62,959 nucleotides of DNA from contig NOWV01000290.1 in NCBI GenBank assembly GCA_003344405.1, positions 1-62,959 of the forward strand, written 5' to 3'. A program made the translations under genes and the position numbers. Under the pieces are notes generated by a model. It was not told the origin of the DNA and did no database searches. It saw nothing but the letters and a program-made list of their open reading frames with translations. Source of the stretch: Trichoplax sp. H2. Its lineage: Eukaryota. Below are positions 41,873-53,902 of this stretch, piece after piece; position 1 is the first letter of the stretch, and each line of letters opens with the position of its first letter.

Positions 41873-42768
41873 TAGGCAGTAGAAAGGGCATGCAGAAGCG
41901 ACATTCTTTTTGCATAAAAGAAAGGAAGAAGACTACTGAGCAGGGCAAAATCCATGTCGTCATAGGATGCCTCAAGTACTGCTCACAGGAACAAGTCGCT
42001 GGCTATCAATAGGCTTCATTAGGCAGTAGAAAGGGCATGCAGAAGCGACATTCTTTTTGCACAAGTGAAAGGAAGAAGCCTACTAAGTAGAGCAAAATCC
42101 ATGTCGTCATAAGATGCCTTGAGTACTGCTCACAGGAACAAGTCGCTGGCTATCAATAGCCTTGATTAGGCAGTAGAAAGGGCCTGCAGAAGCGACATTC
42201 TTTTTGCACAAGAGAAAAGAAGAAGGCTACGGGCCATGGCACAATCCATGTCGTCATAGGATGCCTTGAGCACTGCTCACAGGAACAAGTCGCTGGCTAT
42301 CAATAGGGTTGATTATATTAGGCAGTAGAAAGGGCACGAACAGGCGACATTCTTTTTGCACAATACAACAGGAGAATGGCTGTAGTCAAGGACAAAATGA
42401 ATGTCGTCATGGTATGCCTCGAGTACTGCCCACAGTAACTAGTCGCTACCCATGGGTGACATTGATTCGGCAATCGCAAGGGTAGGGAGAACTGACATTC
42501 TTTTTGCTCAACGACTCCATTGGAAGAGTTCCGGTATTGGCAAAATTAATGTCGTCATGGTATGCCTCGAGTACTGCCTACGGTAGCAACTCGCTACTCA
42601 AAGGTGACATTGATTAGGTAGTAGAAAGGGCACTCAGAAGCGACATTCTTTTTTCACATTAATGTACACTACAAAAGGTTCAAGGAGTAGCAAAATTAAT
42701 GTCGTCATGGTATGCCTTGAGTACTGGCTATAGTAACAAGGCGCTCGCTACCCATGGGTGACATTGAT
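41873..42768. repeat. Array of six ~148 bp fold-back units with hypervariable 30-33 nt central segments
   Basis: Units start at 41873, 42020, 42167, 42319, ~42467 and 42615. Conserved arms ..GCGACATTCTTTTTGC and GCAAAAT..ATGTCGT.. flank a variable core. Confidence 0.9.
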
Positions 42769-42779
42769 TTTGCTGCATG

Positions 42780-43140
42780 CGGTAGTAAACAGGACGGTGC
42801 GTAAACCCAAGGCTATCTACCTTGCTACAGTATGAAGAATACAGTTATCAGCCAGCGTCTCTACTAATAGCTGAAAGGAGTCCAGTACGGTACTGGTACC
42901 ACAATCGTGACGTCATAGGATAGACACCGGCAATGGACTATAGCCTAGCACGTGCTTACCGAAACTGGTAGAAATACTGTTGACAAACATCCTGTTACGA
43001 ACGTTGAATAGTCATGGAGTTTAGAGCCGGCGCAGTTCAGCCATCACTCGCGGTACGGTAGAACCACTCGCGCAATAAACTTGCCGCCACTTCAAGGGAG
43101 AGAAAGAAAGGAATGGAAAGAAGCTGATCCAAGGCGGGAA
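42780..43140 (-). promoter_or_regulatory. Probable UNK promoter / upstream exon region
   Basis: CpG-richer unique sequence between two arrays, with CRE TGACGTCA at 42908-42915, CACGTG at 42949-42954 and a minus-strand donor G|gtaagc near 42960. An acceptor (cacttag) at 41039 precedes the UNK ATG. Confidence 0.45.
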
Positions 43141-43146
43141 ATGCAC

Positions 43147-44379
43147 ACCATCCACCCTAATCCACACTATGCAAAGCGACTGCAACGTATTTGCAGTCGC
43201 CTACTTTCCAATACGCTAAGCTCAGCACCAGTGTGAACTAGTGGTAGCATGCAAACGAAAGCTTAGCGGAGTGGCAAAGGAGAGGACTTGTTGTTGATCG
43301 ACCATCCACCCCAATCCCCACACCATGCAAAGCGACTGCAACGTATTTGCAGTCGCCTACTTTCCAATACGCTAAGCTCAGCACCAGTGTGAACCAGTGG
43401 TAGCATGCAAACGACAGCTTAGCGGAGTGGCAAAGGAGAGGACTTGTTGTTGATCGACCATCCACCCCAATCCCCACACCATGCAAAGCGACTGCAACGT
43501 ATTTGCAGTCGCCTACTTTCCAATACGCTAAGCTCAGCACCAGTGTGAACTAGTGGTAGCATGCAAACGACAGCTTAGCGGAGTGGCAAAGGAGAGGACT
43601 TGTTGTTGATCGACCATCCACCCCAATCCCCACACCATGCAAAGCGACTGCAAAGTATTTGCAGTCGCCTACTTTCCAATACGCTAAGCTCAGCACCAGT
43701 GTGAACTAGTGGTAGCATGCAAACGACAGCTTAGCGGAGTGGCAAAGGAGAGGACTTGTTGTTGATCGACCATCCACCCCAATCCCCACACTATGCAAAG
43801 CGACTGCAACGTATTTGCAGTCGCCTACTTTCCAATACGCTAAGCTCAGCACCAGTGTGAACTAGTGGTAGCATGCAAACGACAGCTTAGCGGAGTGGCA
43901 AAGGAGAGGACTTGTTGTTGATCGACCATCCACCCCAATCCCCACACCATGCAAAGCGACTGCAACGTATTTGCAGTCGCCTACTTTCCAATACGCTAAG
44001 CTCTGCACCAGTGTGAACTAGTGGTAGCATGCAAACGACAGCTTAGCGGAGTGGCAAAGGAGAGGACTTGTTGTTGATCGACCATCCACCCCAATCCCCA
44101 CACCATGCAAAGCGACTGCAACGTATTTGCAGTCGCCTACTTTCCAATACGCTAAGCTCAGCACCAGTGTGAACTAGTGGTGGCATGCAAACGACAGCTT
44201 AGCGGAGTGGCAAAGGAGAGGACTTGTTGTTGATCGACCATCCACCCCAATCCCCACACCATGCAAAGCGACTGCAAAGTATTTGCAGTCGTCTACATTC
44301 CAATACGCTAAGCTCGGCACGAATGTGAACTAGTGGTAGCATGCAAACGAAAGCTTAGCGGAGTGGCCTTGTTGTTGAT
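43147..44379. repeat. Young tandem array, 156 bp unit, ~7.9 copies, two internal inverted repeats per unit
   Basis: GCAAAGCGACTGCAA at 43171, 43327, 43483, 43639 and onward; the units are nearly identical. Confidence 0.97.
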
Positions 44380-45329
44380 GGTGTGTAAAATGAGTGTCAC
44401 CTAGGCCCTTCTTCATGGTAGTGCTCTGACTGGGCAATACGGTCAAAGCACGACATGAGACTGCACATCTCCTGCTCCAAACGGCCATCCAGCGAAATGA
44501 GTCCCGATCACTTTGCAAGTGATCGGACTGGACTCTCGCATACAGTAAGCCTCATGCAAAATCAATGTCACCTTTGGAATTTCTCTTAACAAGGCTCTGA
44601 GCCCTGCATCGTGGATAGACGAGATGAAAGCATGACAAAGGACGATTACGCAACCTGAAAAAGCGCAAAATCATTGTGATCCTTACACTTCCTTCAACCA
44701 ACCTCTAACCATATCTTTCAAGGATTTAAGAGATGGGATAGTGACGATGTATTTTGCACACCAGACTATCCTTCAGCGCCTGCATTGCAAATTGGCACCA
44801 CTGCTAGCTCATGGCCTACTAACAAGACTGCACAGCAACAACAAAAAAGGCACAATTGATAGCAATTCTTGTTGACCAACCCGCTCAATAAATACTCGAG
44901 CTCATTCCAGCTAAGTAGCTTAACTTTGCTGCTGCGCTAACGGTATCGTAGCAACCAATGCCCTTGCTGCTTTCCTTTGACCGTAGAGCTTTGCTTGCAG
45001 CAAGAACGAATCCAAGATAGACTGCAGTAGTGCTGGGTTGGAAAATGATTGCCAAATAGAATAGAATAAATGACTACCTTGGCACAATCATTGACGATGG
45101 AGCAGCATGTCCAAGGGCAATGTTCGCTTCTGCAGTCATAATGAGTTGCTTAAAAGTAAGCTAGGGTAGCGATAATGAGACTGCAATATTTGACTGCTCA
45201 AATCAGTCTCAACGGAATGAGTATTAGTCAATGACTATCATTCCAGTCATTACAATGGAGGTGTTTGATTCCATCATTATCCTGCATGTTGCTGTCAAGA
45301 GTTTCATCCTCGCCTTACACAGTCCACTT

Positions 45330-46400
45330 AATAAACCACGTAATTGCAATCATTATCAAGTCATCTTTCATTTCCGAGACAGATTCTGCTCTGACTTTAT
45401 ACGGTAATTACCTTGTGAGTACTTACAGCTAGTCATGACCTCTGTAACTGTATTGACTAGAAAATTACTCCCCTCACATAATCCACTGAATAAACCACTC
45501 TTACCGTGTAATCGTGATTGCAATCATCATCAAGTCATCTCTTATTTCCGATCATGTCCATGACAGATTCTGCTCCAACTTTATACAGGAATTGCCTTAT
45601 GATTACAGTTACAGCTAGTAATAATAATAATAAAACACTCTTTTGACTAAACGATATTGAAATCATCAACTTTCACTGATCAAAATGCTGCTCTCCTATC
45701 ATGCTCATCACAGATACTGCTGCAAGCTATCGAGTAATGACAGTACCTATTGCTATTACCTATGAAATCAAATTCTCATAATCCAAGTTAAAAATACTTT
45801 TTACCGACTAAACGATATTACAATCACTACAAACTACCCTCCAGTGTAATGTCAACATGGATTCTATAAATTAATGTGTTCTGTTGTTACAGTGATTACG
45901 TACACTATTTCCAATGGTCATCCTTTACTTCCCATCGTGAGTATGACGAATGCTGCTCCAAACTTATTGAGTAATTAGCCTTGTGATGTTGCTAGCAATG
46001 ACAATACAATCTTTTTTACTGATTAAAACGATATTGTATCCCTAAACTAATTTCAATGGCCACCTGCTTTCCTATCACGTGCATGACAAATACTACTCCA
46101 AGACTATGCAGTCATGGTTATCGTCGTATTCACACTTTGTCATAACCCAATCAGTCAAATTAAATCTTACTTACTGTTAATAGACAAATATTGTAATCAT
46201 CAACGAGTTCTCATTGTCATTTTCAATTTCTCCATCATGTGCACGACCAATTCAACCACTACTACTCCAAACTTATTCAGTAAGGATAGTAATGTAGTTT
46301 TGTTGTCGGCAATCCAATCTTCTCATAGCCAAGTCAATAAAATCACTCTTACAAACGAAACGATAATTATACGAGTAAAATCAGATCATCCAATATCGCT
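45330..46400. repeat. Degenerate duplicated segments
   Basis: ATTGCAATCAT.ATCAAGTCATCT...GACAGATTCTGCTC occurs twice; GACTAAACGATATT-like motifs recur. Confidence 0.55.
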
Positions 46401-46825
46401 TTGTCGCAGCATTGTACCAGTAAGCGAGTGGACATGCACTCGTTTGATAGTGAAATGGATAAACAGACGAGTAAACAATACATACACGTAAAATCATACT
46501 ACTGCAGAAAGAAATTCAGAGCATATCAAATCAATACATCAGTCGTAGCGATTACATTTCACCAAAGAATCGGAATTTATTAATCATCTTGTCCTAAAGG
46601 AGATGACATCTATTGGTGCATATTCTGCAAATTGCCTTAATCACGTCATTATAGCCTTTAAATGGATTAAGTAGACGTACATAGTGCCAAAATACAGTCG
46701 CTTTCAAACGAAGGTTAGACGTTGAAAGATCCATGCATAGAGACACTATACTACTGTAAAGAACCCATACGTTGACACGCAAATAGATCAAAAATACATT
46801 TTACAACAAGTCAGACCAGCTAGCG

Positions 46826-49800
46826 TTACTTTTTTACAATTTGGATTACGTCTTCATCTTGAACGACATGACTTAAACCAACACGTTGCGGGTTAAATTT
46901 TGTACTCGTACCCTATAGTGAAGTAGAAATGAATTGTTCAATCAATAGTCTAACCTTGAACCTGTTTCACGGCAACACAGTCCAATTATAATACTAGATA
47001 GAGCTAGTCAAATAGCAGGTAAAAAAATTATAATCCCAAATCCAAGTCGATAGAATAAAATACAGTCAACGTGTAATTAACGACTCTACTTACCCAAATT
47101 AGAGCGTATTTAAATGAGTTGGCAATGGTCCGATGAATGTAATGGCACTGTTATATAAAATAGAAGCATTAATTAACAAGTCATTACAGAATACGCTAAT
47201 TTAAAACCGTAGTAATAAATGCGATATGCCCACATTTGCCATAGGCTACTCACCACATGCTCAACGGTAGCGTTATTCCTTAAAATGAGGCCATCGCCAA
47301 AATCTGGATTTTCTGTATTGGATAGAATAAACAACAACATGGACCCATTATAAATCAATCAATCAGTCTCTTTTACAAGCAGCAGTTGTCAATGCAAATG
47401 CAGTTATAGCAATCAACCGAATGTTTTATCAATCAATCAATTGACTTTACAAGCAGCAGTTTAGCTATATGTGTGCAGATAAAGTAATCAATCAAGCCAA
47501 TAGGCGATAAGACTCTTTAACAGCACTTTAACACTATAGACGAACGTAGGATATATTGGAAAGCATAAGAAAGTTATATTGTACTTAAGAATGTTTTGTC
47601 AAGCAATCAACCGATAGACGGAAAGACACTTTAACAGTAGCTCAACACTGTAATTGCAGGGAGAGTATACTTGACGCCATAATTAAATGATGCTTTAGAA
47701 TATTTCATCAACAAACTTTACTACCAGCGGTGTAGCAATACTATATGTATGTTATTAAAGTAATCAATCAAACAAGAGACGATACGACTCTTTAATAACA
47801 GATTGGCACAATAGATTCGTATACAAGAGAAAATCGCGCAGTATTACAGCAGCTCTTTAATAAGAAAACTCCTAGCAAATAGTCAGTAACAACACCGACA
47901 ACCTACTTGCAATAATAACAAAATAGCCGTTCCAAAATATGTCTACTTCTACAGTTCTACTCGCCTCCTCTCTTTTTGGTATAAATTCGTATCAGTGCCA
48001 AATATTCCCATACCTTGTCCAATAGAAAATCCAAGTTCAAATCAAGATTACAGCTGAAGCAAATCAGTAGATGGACATCAAATTAGTACAGTGCGCAACC
48101 GACTTTGGATACAGCATGATAAAGTAGTGCATCAAGAAGAGATAACCAACAGATCCAGCAGGCTGACAATACACCGAAAAATACATACTGTATAAATCAG
48201 CACTGCACTCAAAAAATACTCACCTAATCACAATCGAATGGGGCTGGCGAGCAATTCGGTCAACTTCTTCAATGGAAATGGTATCAATTTTATTATACAC
48301 CTATTTTAAACCCATCCGATAAATAATTGACCCCATTATAATTTGTATACAGGACAACTCGTTTTAATGGATCAATAAGAATGGAACATAAAAGACTAGC
48401 TTACATAAATACAAGGCAAATAAACTCGGTTTCCGGTTATAACATCAATAAATTCATCTAGAATAGAGAAGAAGCATATAAAATTTTAACGGTAAATCAT
48501 CTTTCATCTTCTTGACCTTACACCATGAAAATATTCATTTCATTCCATAACTACGATACCTGCGGTACAATCTTCCCTAAACAATACTTCCGCGTTAAAA
48601 ATTTCTGTTATACCATGAAATCAAGATTGAAAATAGTCATTCATTTTTCAAACATTATCAAACTAAATTCTACTAAAACAACTTACTGTACTCGTGAAGA
48701 ATCAACTGAATTAATTTTTCATTCACGTGAGTTAGAGGGCAGGTAGCATTAAAATGTAATCCTCCAGCTTTCTTTGGCTGTAAGGGCGTAATAATAGTAA
48801 ATTAATAGTCATAGCGTGGATCGTCTATCTCACAGTGGATAAACACTTGATCACGTCATCCTAACTAGAAATGGTATCTATTTTACTGTTATAATAACAA
48901 ACCTTAAAATAAATATTCGGCCTTCTTGCATTTAACCGAATCCCTACCGTTTCCAGTTCAGCCTTGAGTAATGCCCTTTATTAATAAAACAGATGAACAA
49001 CGTCCAGTACTTGGTTACCAGTCAAAATAGAAAAAGAGGAAATTGCAACAGCAAATTTACAAATATTAAAATACGAGTAAATGTATTCCAAATCAGCCAC
49101 ATAGACGTCAAAAAATAACATGACGAGGTAAAATAATATAATACAATACACTCTTTTTCAGATACAGTTTATTAAGTTACAATTAAGTAAAATCGTACAT
49201 TATCCACTTTTCTTCCGATTACTTGTACACATATTGACACAAACCTTTGAACATCGCCTTTCGTGGCATCCAACATCATTAAAACGACATCCGCCGTACG
49301 CCCAACAGCAATCACTTGTCTACCTCTTCCTTTGCCTAAAGTCAAGCGCCACATTATCAATATAATACCATTACCATCATCGATATTATCGAAGCAAGTA
49401 TCATGGCAGAGCAACTCATTTTGACTATCATAAAAGCCGAAATCTGCAAACAGACAATGATTTACCTTGTGCAGCTCCTTCTATGATACCAGGTAAATCC
49501 AATAACTGAATTTTTGCACCGTTATGCTACAAACGAAGGAAATGACAATCCTGAACATTGGTAATTTCATATAAGATTGAGTAATAAACTTGGACTACGG
49601 GTTAATTTTCAAGTTTTACCAATGGAGTAATACATGATTAATAAAGTACTATTGTAATCTAAAACTACGCGCATTTATGAAGCTATACGTATATTATACT
49701 ACAGTACAAAAACAGACGCGAATAAAGGATTGACATCGAGCATGAAGCCAGTAATTAACGAAACGTATCACGTTGCTGCTGTTCAAGAGTGAATACAGCA

Positions 49801-52632
49801 GTTTATGTCTACGTTTTATGGTAGTCGCATACTTCGATTACACCAGGGATGCATGTCAATGTTGTAAATTCGTAGGATGCAGATTCACTAAACGTCGATG
49901 TCAGTTTATTCAGTAATGTCGACTAAAATGGTAAAAAAGATTGATTATCAATATGGAAGATATATCAATGAAGCACAGTACTAATCGCTTAAACTAACCT
50001 TGCCAACAGATGGAAATCCTATTAGAGCAACCCTGGCATCTCCCGATTTCATAACATCGAATCCTTCACCCTAAATGACCAATCGAGGATGCATGTTATT
50101 CATAGCTATCAAGAATAATGTAATCAATAGATAAATGTTTTACTTATACTACACATCGTTAAGGTAATACTGCAACACATTCATATCGATGTTGGCATGA
50201 TTGTACTGCAATACGCAATTACACATTGCTTTAATGATAAAGTTAATGCTTCTGCATTAGATATCGTATCAATGATTGTACTACGAATAGTGATACTAAT
50301 TTTATTACTGTTTCTAAGTGAAATGGTAGTCTGCGTCCGAAAATTGAAACTAATCATCCGATAATCTTTCAGGTGATTACAAATTTCATGGATTTGACGT
50401 AAATTACTCATTCATTAGCAGGTGGACATTCAAACGTGTATTTCTTGATACCTTAGCCGATGAAGATTTCGGTCCTTCCAGTAACTGGGCTCGATATTTG
50501 GCCAATTTAGCTTTCAGTAAACCAAGATGGTACTCGGTAGCTTGAAATTGGATAAATTAAAAAGATATCGTTTATATACAGTACACAATCTTTCCACTGT
50601 ACTGTACATAGTATTGAACTAATAGTAGGTCTTACTATCAGCAGTCAATATCTACAAAGAAAGTTGCATATAGAATCCAATTCAATTCAGACCATCTCCT
50701 GATTGAATACTTAGGCTTTACGGTATTTGGTAACGAAAATAGGCAGTTTATTAGCCAAGTCCATGCATTAACAAGCTATCGTGCGTTGATTGTAAGTCAT
50801 CAATGAGAACGTTAGAGTATAAAACTACCTTTGAAGAAGGTCATGAATCAGTTGAAAATTTTGCATCCAAGATAGGATACTTTGTATCATACTCTAATAG
50901 AACATTTGACGACTAGTCAATCATCGCCATGTTTTGCCACTATTGTAAAGTGACGAGATTCAATGCCCAAGGAAGGAACATTTATGATGGTCGCTTTATA
51001 CCAAAAATAACAACATCAATCAGATCTGCACACGTATGAGCCATGAAGGAAGGGCGTAGTGATTGAAAAACTCCTACAGTATCAAGATATCTCTTCTAAT
51101 CGACTCCCAATCACTAATTTACTACAGTCGATGAAACAGGTTCCATTTCTCATTTATCAAACATTGATTTAGCATAAGTTTCAAATTATTAAATAATCAG
51201 TCCCTCGCCATCTTAACAGGATTATGAGTCAGTCATATTTTAGGACTATCAAAAATTCTAATGTTTGCTACTGCAATACCGTAAAATGGTTATAGCCAAT
51301 GCCTAAGGAAGTTGTACTGTTGCTGATCAGTTCATACCAATCATAATACGATGAAATTGACTTGTCTACGTCCAGGTACGATTCAAGGGCATTTTGAATC
51401 AAGACTATCAGCGACAGAATCTCTAGTTACATGAGGCTCTTCTATTCTAATGATTATCTGGAATACAGTATCCAGCCATTTCTGCTAGTTTACTACAAAA
51501 TGACCCTGTAAAGCATTATCCATTACTGCTTCATCATCAAGTAGTTTGAAATATAGCAACAGTTTGCAATAACGACACCATGGCTCCATCTACAGTCAAT
51601 GCTGTAGGGATTAACACGATTGGTGATCTCTTGATCTCTTCATCCAATAATAACAATATCAAATTGATCTATACACGTACCCTTCGATCTAAGGGTATCG
51701 CAAGTCAAAATGATGACTACTAGAGGCAGAATCTCAATGAATTATTATTTATGTCTATTTTAATGATGATGAAGAATATCCATGTCTATTTTAATGATGA
51801 TGAAGAATCGTACAGTATCAACTCATTTCTGCCAGTCTACTTCAACATGACCCCATAAAAAATCATCCATTTCTTCATTATCAACTAGCTATATACGTCA
51901 ATGTCGCAAAAGCCTCCATTTACTATGTCATGGCTCCATCAACATTGACTGTGAAAGGAAGTTACACTAGAGACAGAATCTCAATGAATTATTATACCCG
52001 TCTATTTTAATGATGATGAAGAATCGTACAGTATCAACTCATTTCTGCCAGTCTATTTCAACATGACTCCATCAATAATCATCTATTTCTTCATCAAGTA
52101 GTTATACACATCGATGTCGCAAAAGTCACTATGTCATGTCTACGTCGACATTGACTGTGAAAGGAATTGGCACTATTGGTTGATACTGTACCAGTCACAA
52201 CGGCATGAAATTGATCTATATACATGTACAAGTAGTTAGACTTAAGGGCATCGAGAGTCAAAATAATGACTTCCAGAGACAAAATCTCGAATAAATCGAT
52301 ATGTCTATACATGTAGTAGAGTATACACTAGTACTCATGGCAACCTCTGATTCATATTAGGAATACAACATCAAGTCATTTCTGCAAGCCTCATGCAAAT
52401 TAATCCTTTACATTAGCATTCATTTCTTCTTCATCCAGTAGTTATAGATATAGCAAAAGTTTCAAATAACGACATCAAGGCTCTGTTTATATTCTCGACA
52501 TGATTCTAAATTGATCCTAGAGCAAGATTGAGCCGATGACATGATAGGCGTACAAAATGGACATGTACCTTTATTCTTTTGAGTCCTTGAAATTTCTTTC
52601 TCGATCTCACTAATCTTTTCCAATATTCCCAT
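46826..52632 (-). CDS. DRG2: Developmentally-regulated GTP-binding protein 2 (about 15 exons)
   Basis: [43 protein letters not shown]1 [48 protein letters not shown] domain ending [20 protein letters not shown]. All junctions are in phase. Confidence 0.96.
47313..47964 (-). other. GC-AG intron in DRG2
   Basis: GGAG|gcgagt ... caatacag|AAAAT restores TKKRGENPDF; the adjacent GT gives the wrong phase. Confidence 0.85.
51330..52450. repeat. Degenerate and recent duplications in DRG2 intron 1
   Basis: CAGAATCTCAATGAATTATT...TCTATTTTAATGATGATGAAGAATCGTACAGTATCAACTCATTTCTGCCAGTCTA at ~51727 and ~51973, with older copies flanking. Confidence 0.75.
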
Positions 52633-53902
52633 GGTGATAATGAGTCTCGCTACTCAATCCAGTGGCAGCTAAATCAACGAAAAGACGGCAGAAACACGCC
52701 GTTAATAGTCTTAAACTACTTGTACTATAAATGGAGAAGGCAAAAACGTTGACGAAATGCCTTGGCTGTGATGGTGGCGAATCTTGTTTTGCAAATGACA
52801 ATCAATCACCAGCTCTGTAGAGTCAATAGACCAAGAATTTAACTACAGTTTCAGTAGGTGTATAGCATACAGTATAGACAACGAGGAAAGGACGACGGTA
52901 GGACAGACAAGCTAAAGTCATAGAGGTAAATGAGAAATGGAATATTTGATACACAGTACTACTGTATTATGACATGATGGATACAGTAGGGTCAAATCGT
53001 GTCGATATAGTCATGCTACTGAAACAAGATCTTCGGATACAGTCATCACATAGGAAAAATGATTGAAAATGCGCTAGACTCGAAATGGTTCAACAATTTG
53101 TTCAGGAAGTGGCCTTAAATTTAAATTCCAACAAAAAATGTTGGATTAATCCTTGATACTCGATAGATATTAACCTTAATAAGGCGTAAGATAGATTTTT
53201 AAACACCATTGGTTGATCTTGAATCAACAGAATAAAACACGGACGGAACATTGATGCAGACTACCGCTTTCCTTGCCTTGGGAGCGATAGGATAGACAAT
53301 TTTTGACCTTAGATTAAGCAGATAAAACACTTACGGAACATTATTTAATATGGCTATAAGCATTGCTGGTAGTAGCCGTTATTATTTATGCATAAACTAG
53401 GGCTTTGGCTGCCTTTAATAATGATAGAAAAGATATTTCATTGACCTTCGGCAATATGAAACAATATAGAATAATATACTCGCATATGAAATAGATACTG
53501 TTAATTTAATTCTTATCAAATAACGGTATAATCCAGAATGTAATACACATACTAAGAGGATATCGCCGATGCAATGGAAATAAATATCGATCGGTTGTAT
53601 CACATACCAAGAAAATAGATACTCAATATTCAAGAACATAGAGAGAATAACTGATATAGTAACAAATCATGAATATTAAATAATGATACCAAACAGGTAC
53701 GCAACGACTTTATTTTATTACAAATATTTCCACTTCTTCTTGTTACGGTCTAAAATTGAGTACAACACCTATCAAGTTTATACCATACAACAGTCAATAC
53801 CATTATAAATTGCTATGCAAAGAATTCGAGTAAGATGAGCATCATGCATCTTTCCTCATCTATAAATATAGTATAAATAGAACAAAAATGAATCATAAAG
53901 TT

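Noticed and set aside
34180..41955. Many short ORFs within the UNK 5' introns
   Set aside because: Low complexity with no recognisable domains; only 41024-40960 fits as an exon.
41873..42768. Bona fide CRISPR array
   Set aside because: Eukaryotic context, ~117 bp 'repeats', related cores 1-3 and no cas genes; reported as a hairpin array instead.
43238..43540. 100-aa ORF with 52-aa repeat
   Set aside because: A by-product of the 156 bp satellite; one unit has a T>C change that removes the stop present in the other units.
50440..50451. DRG2 donor GTATCAAG as a U12 intron
   Set aside because: Lacks the GTATCCTT consensus.
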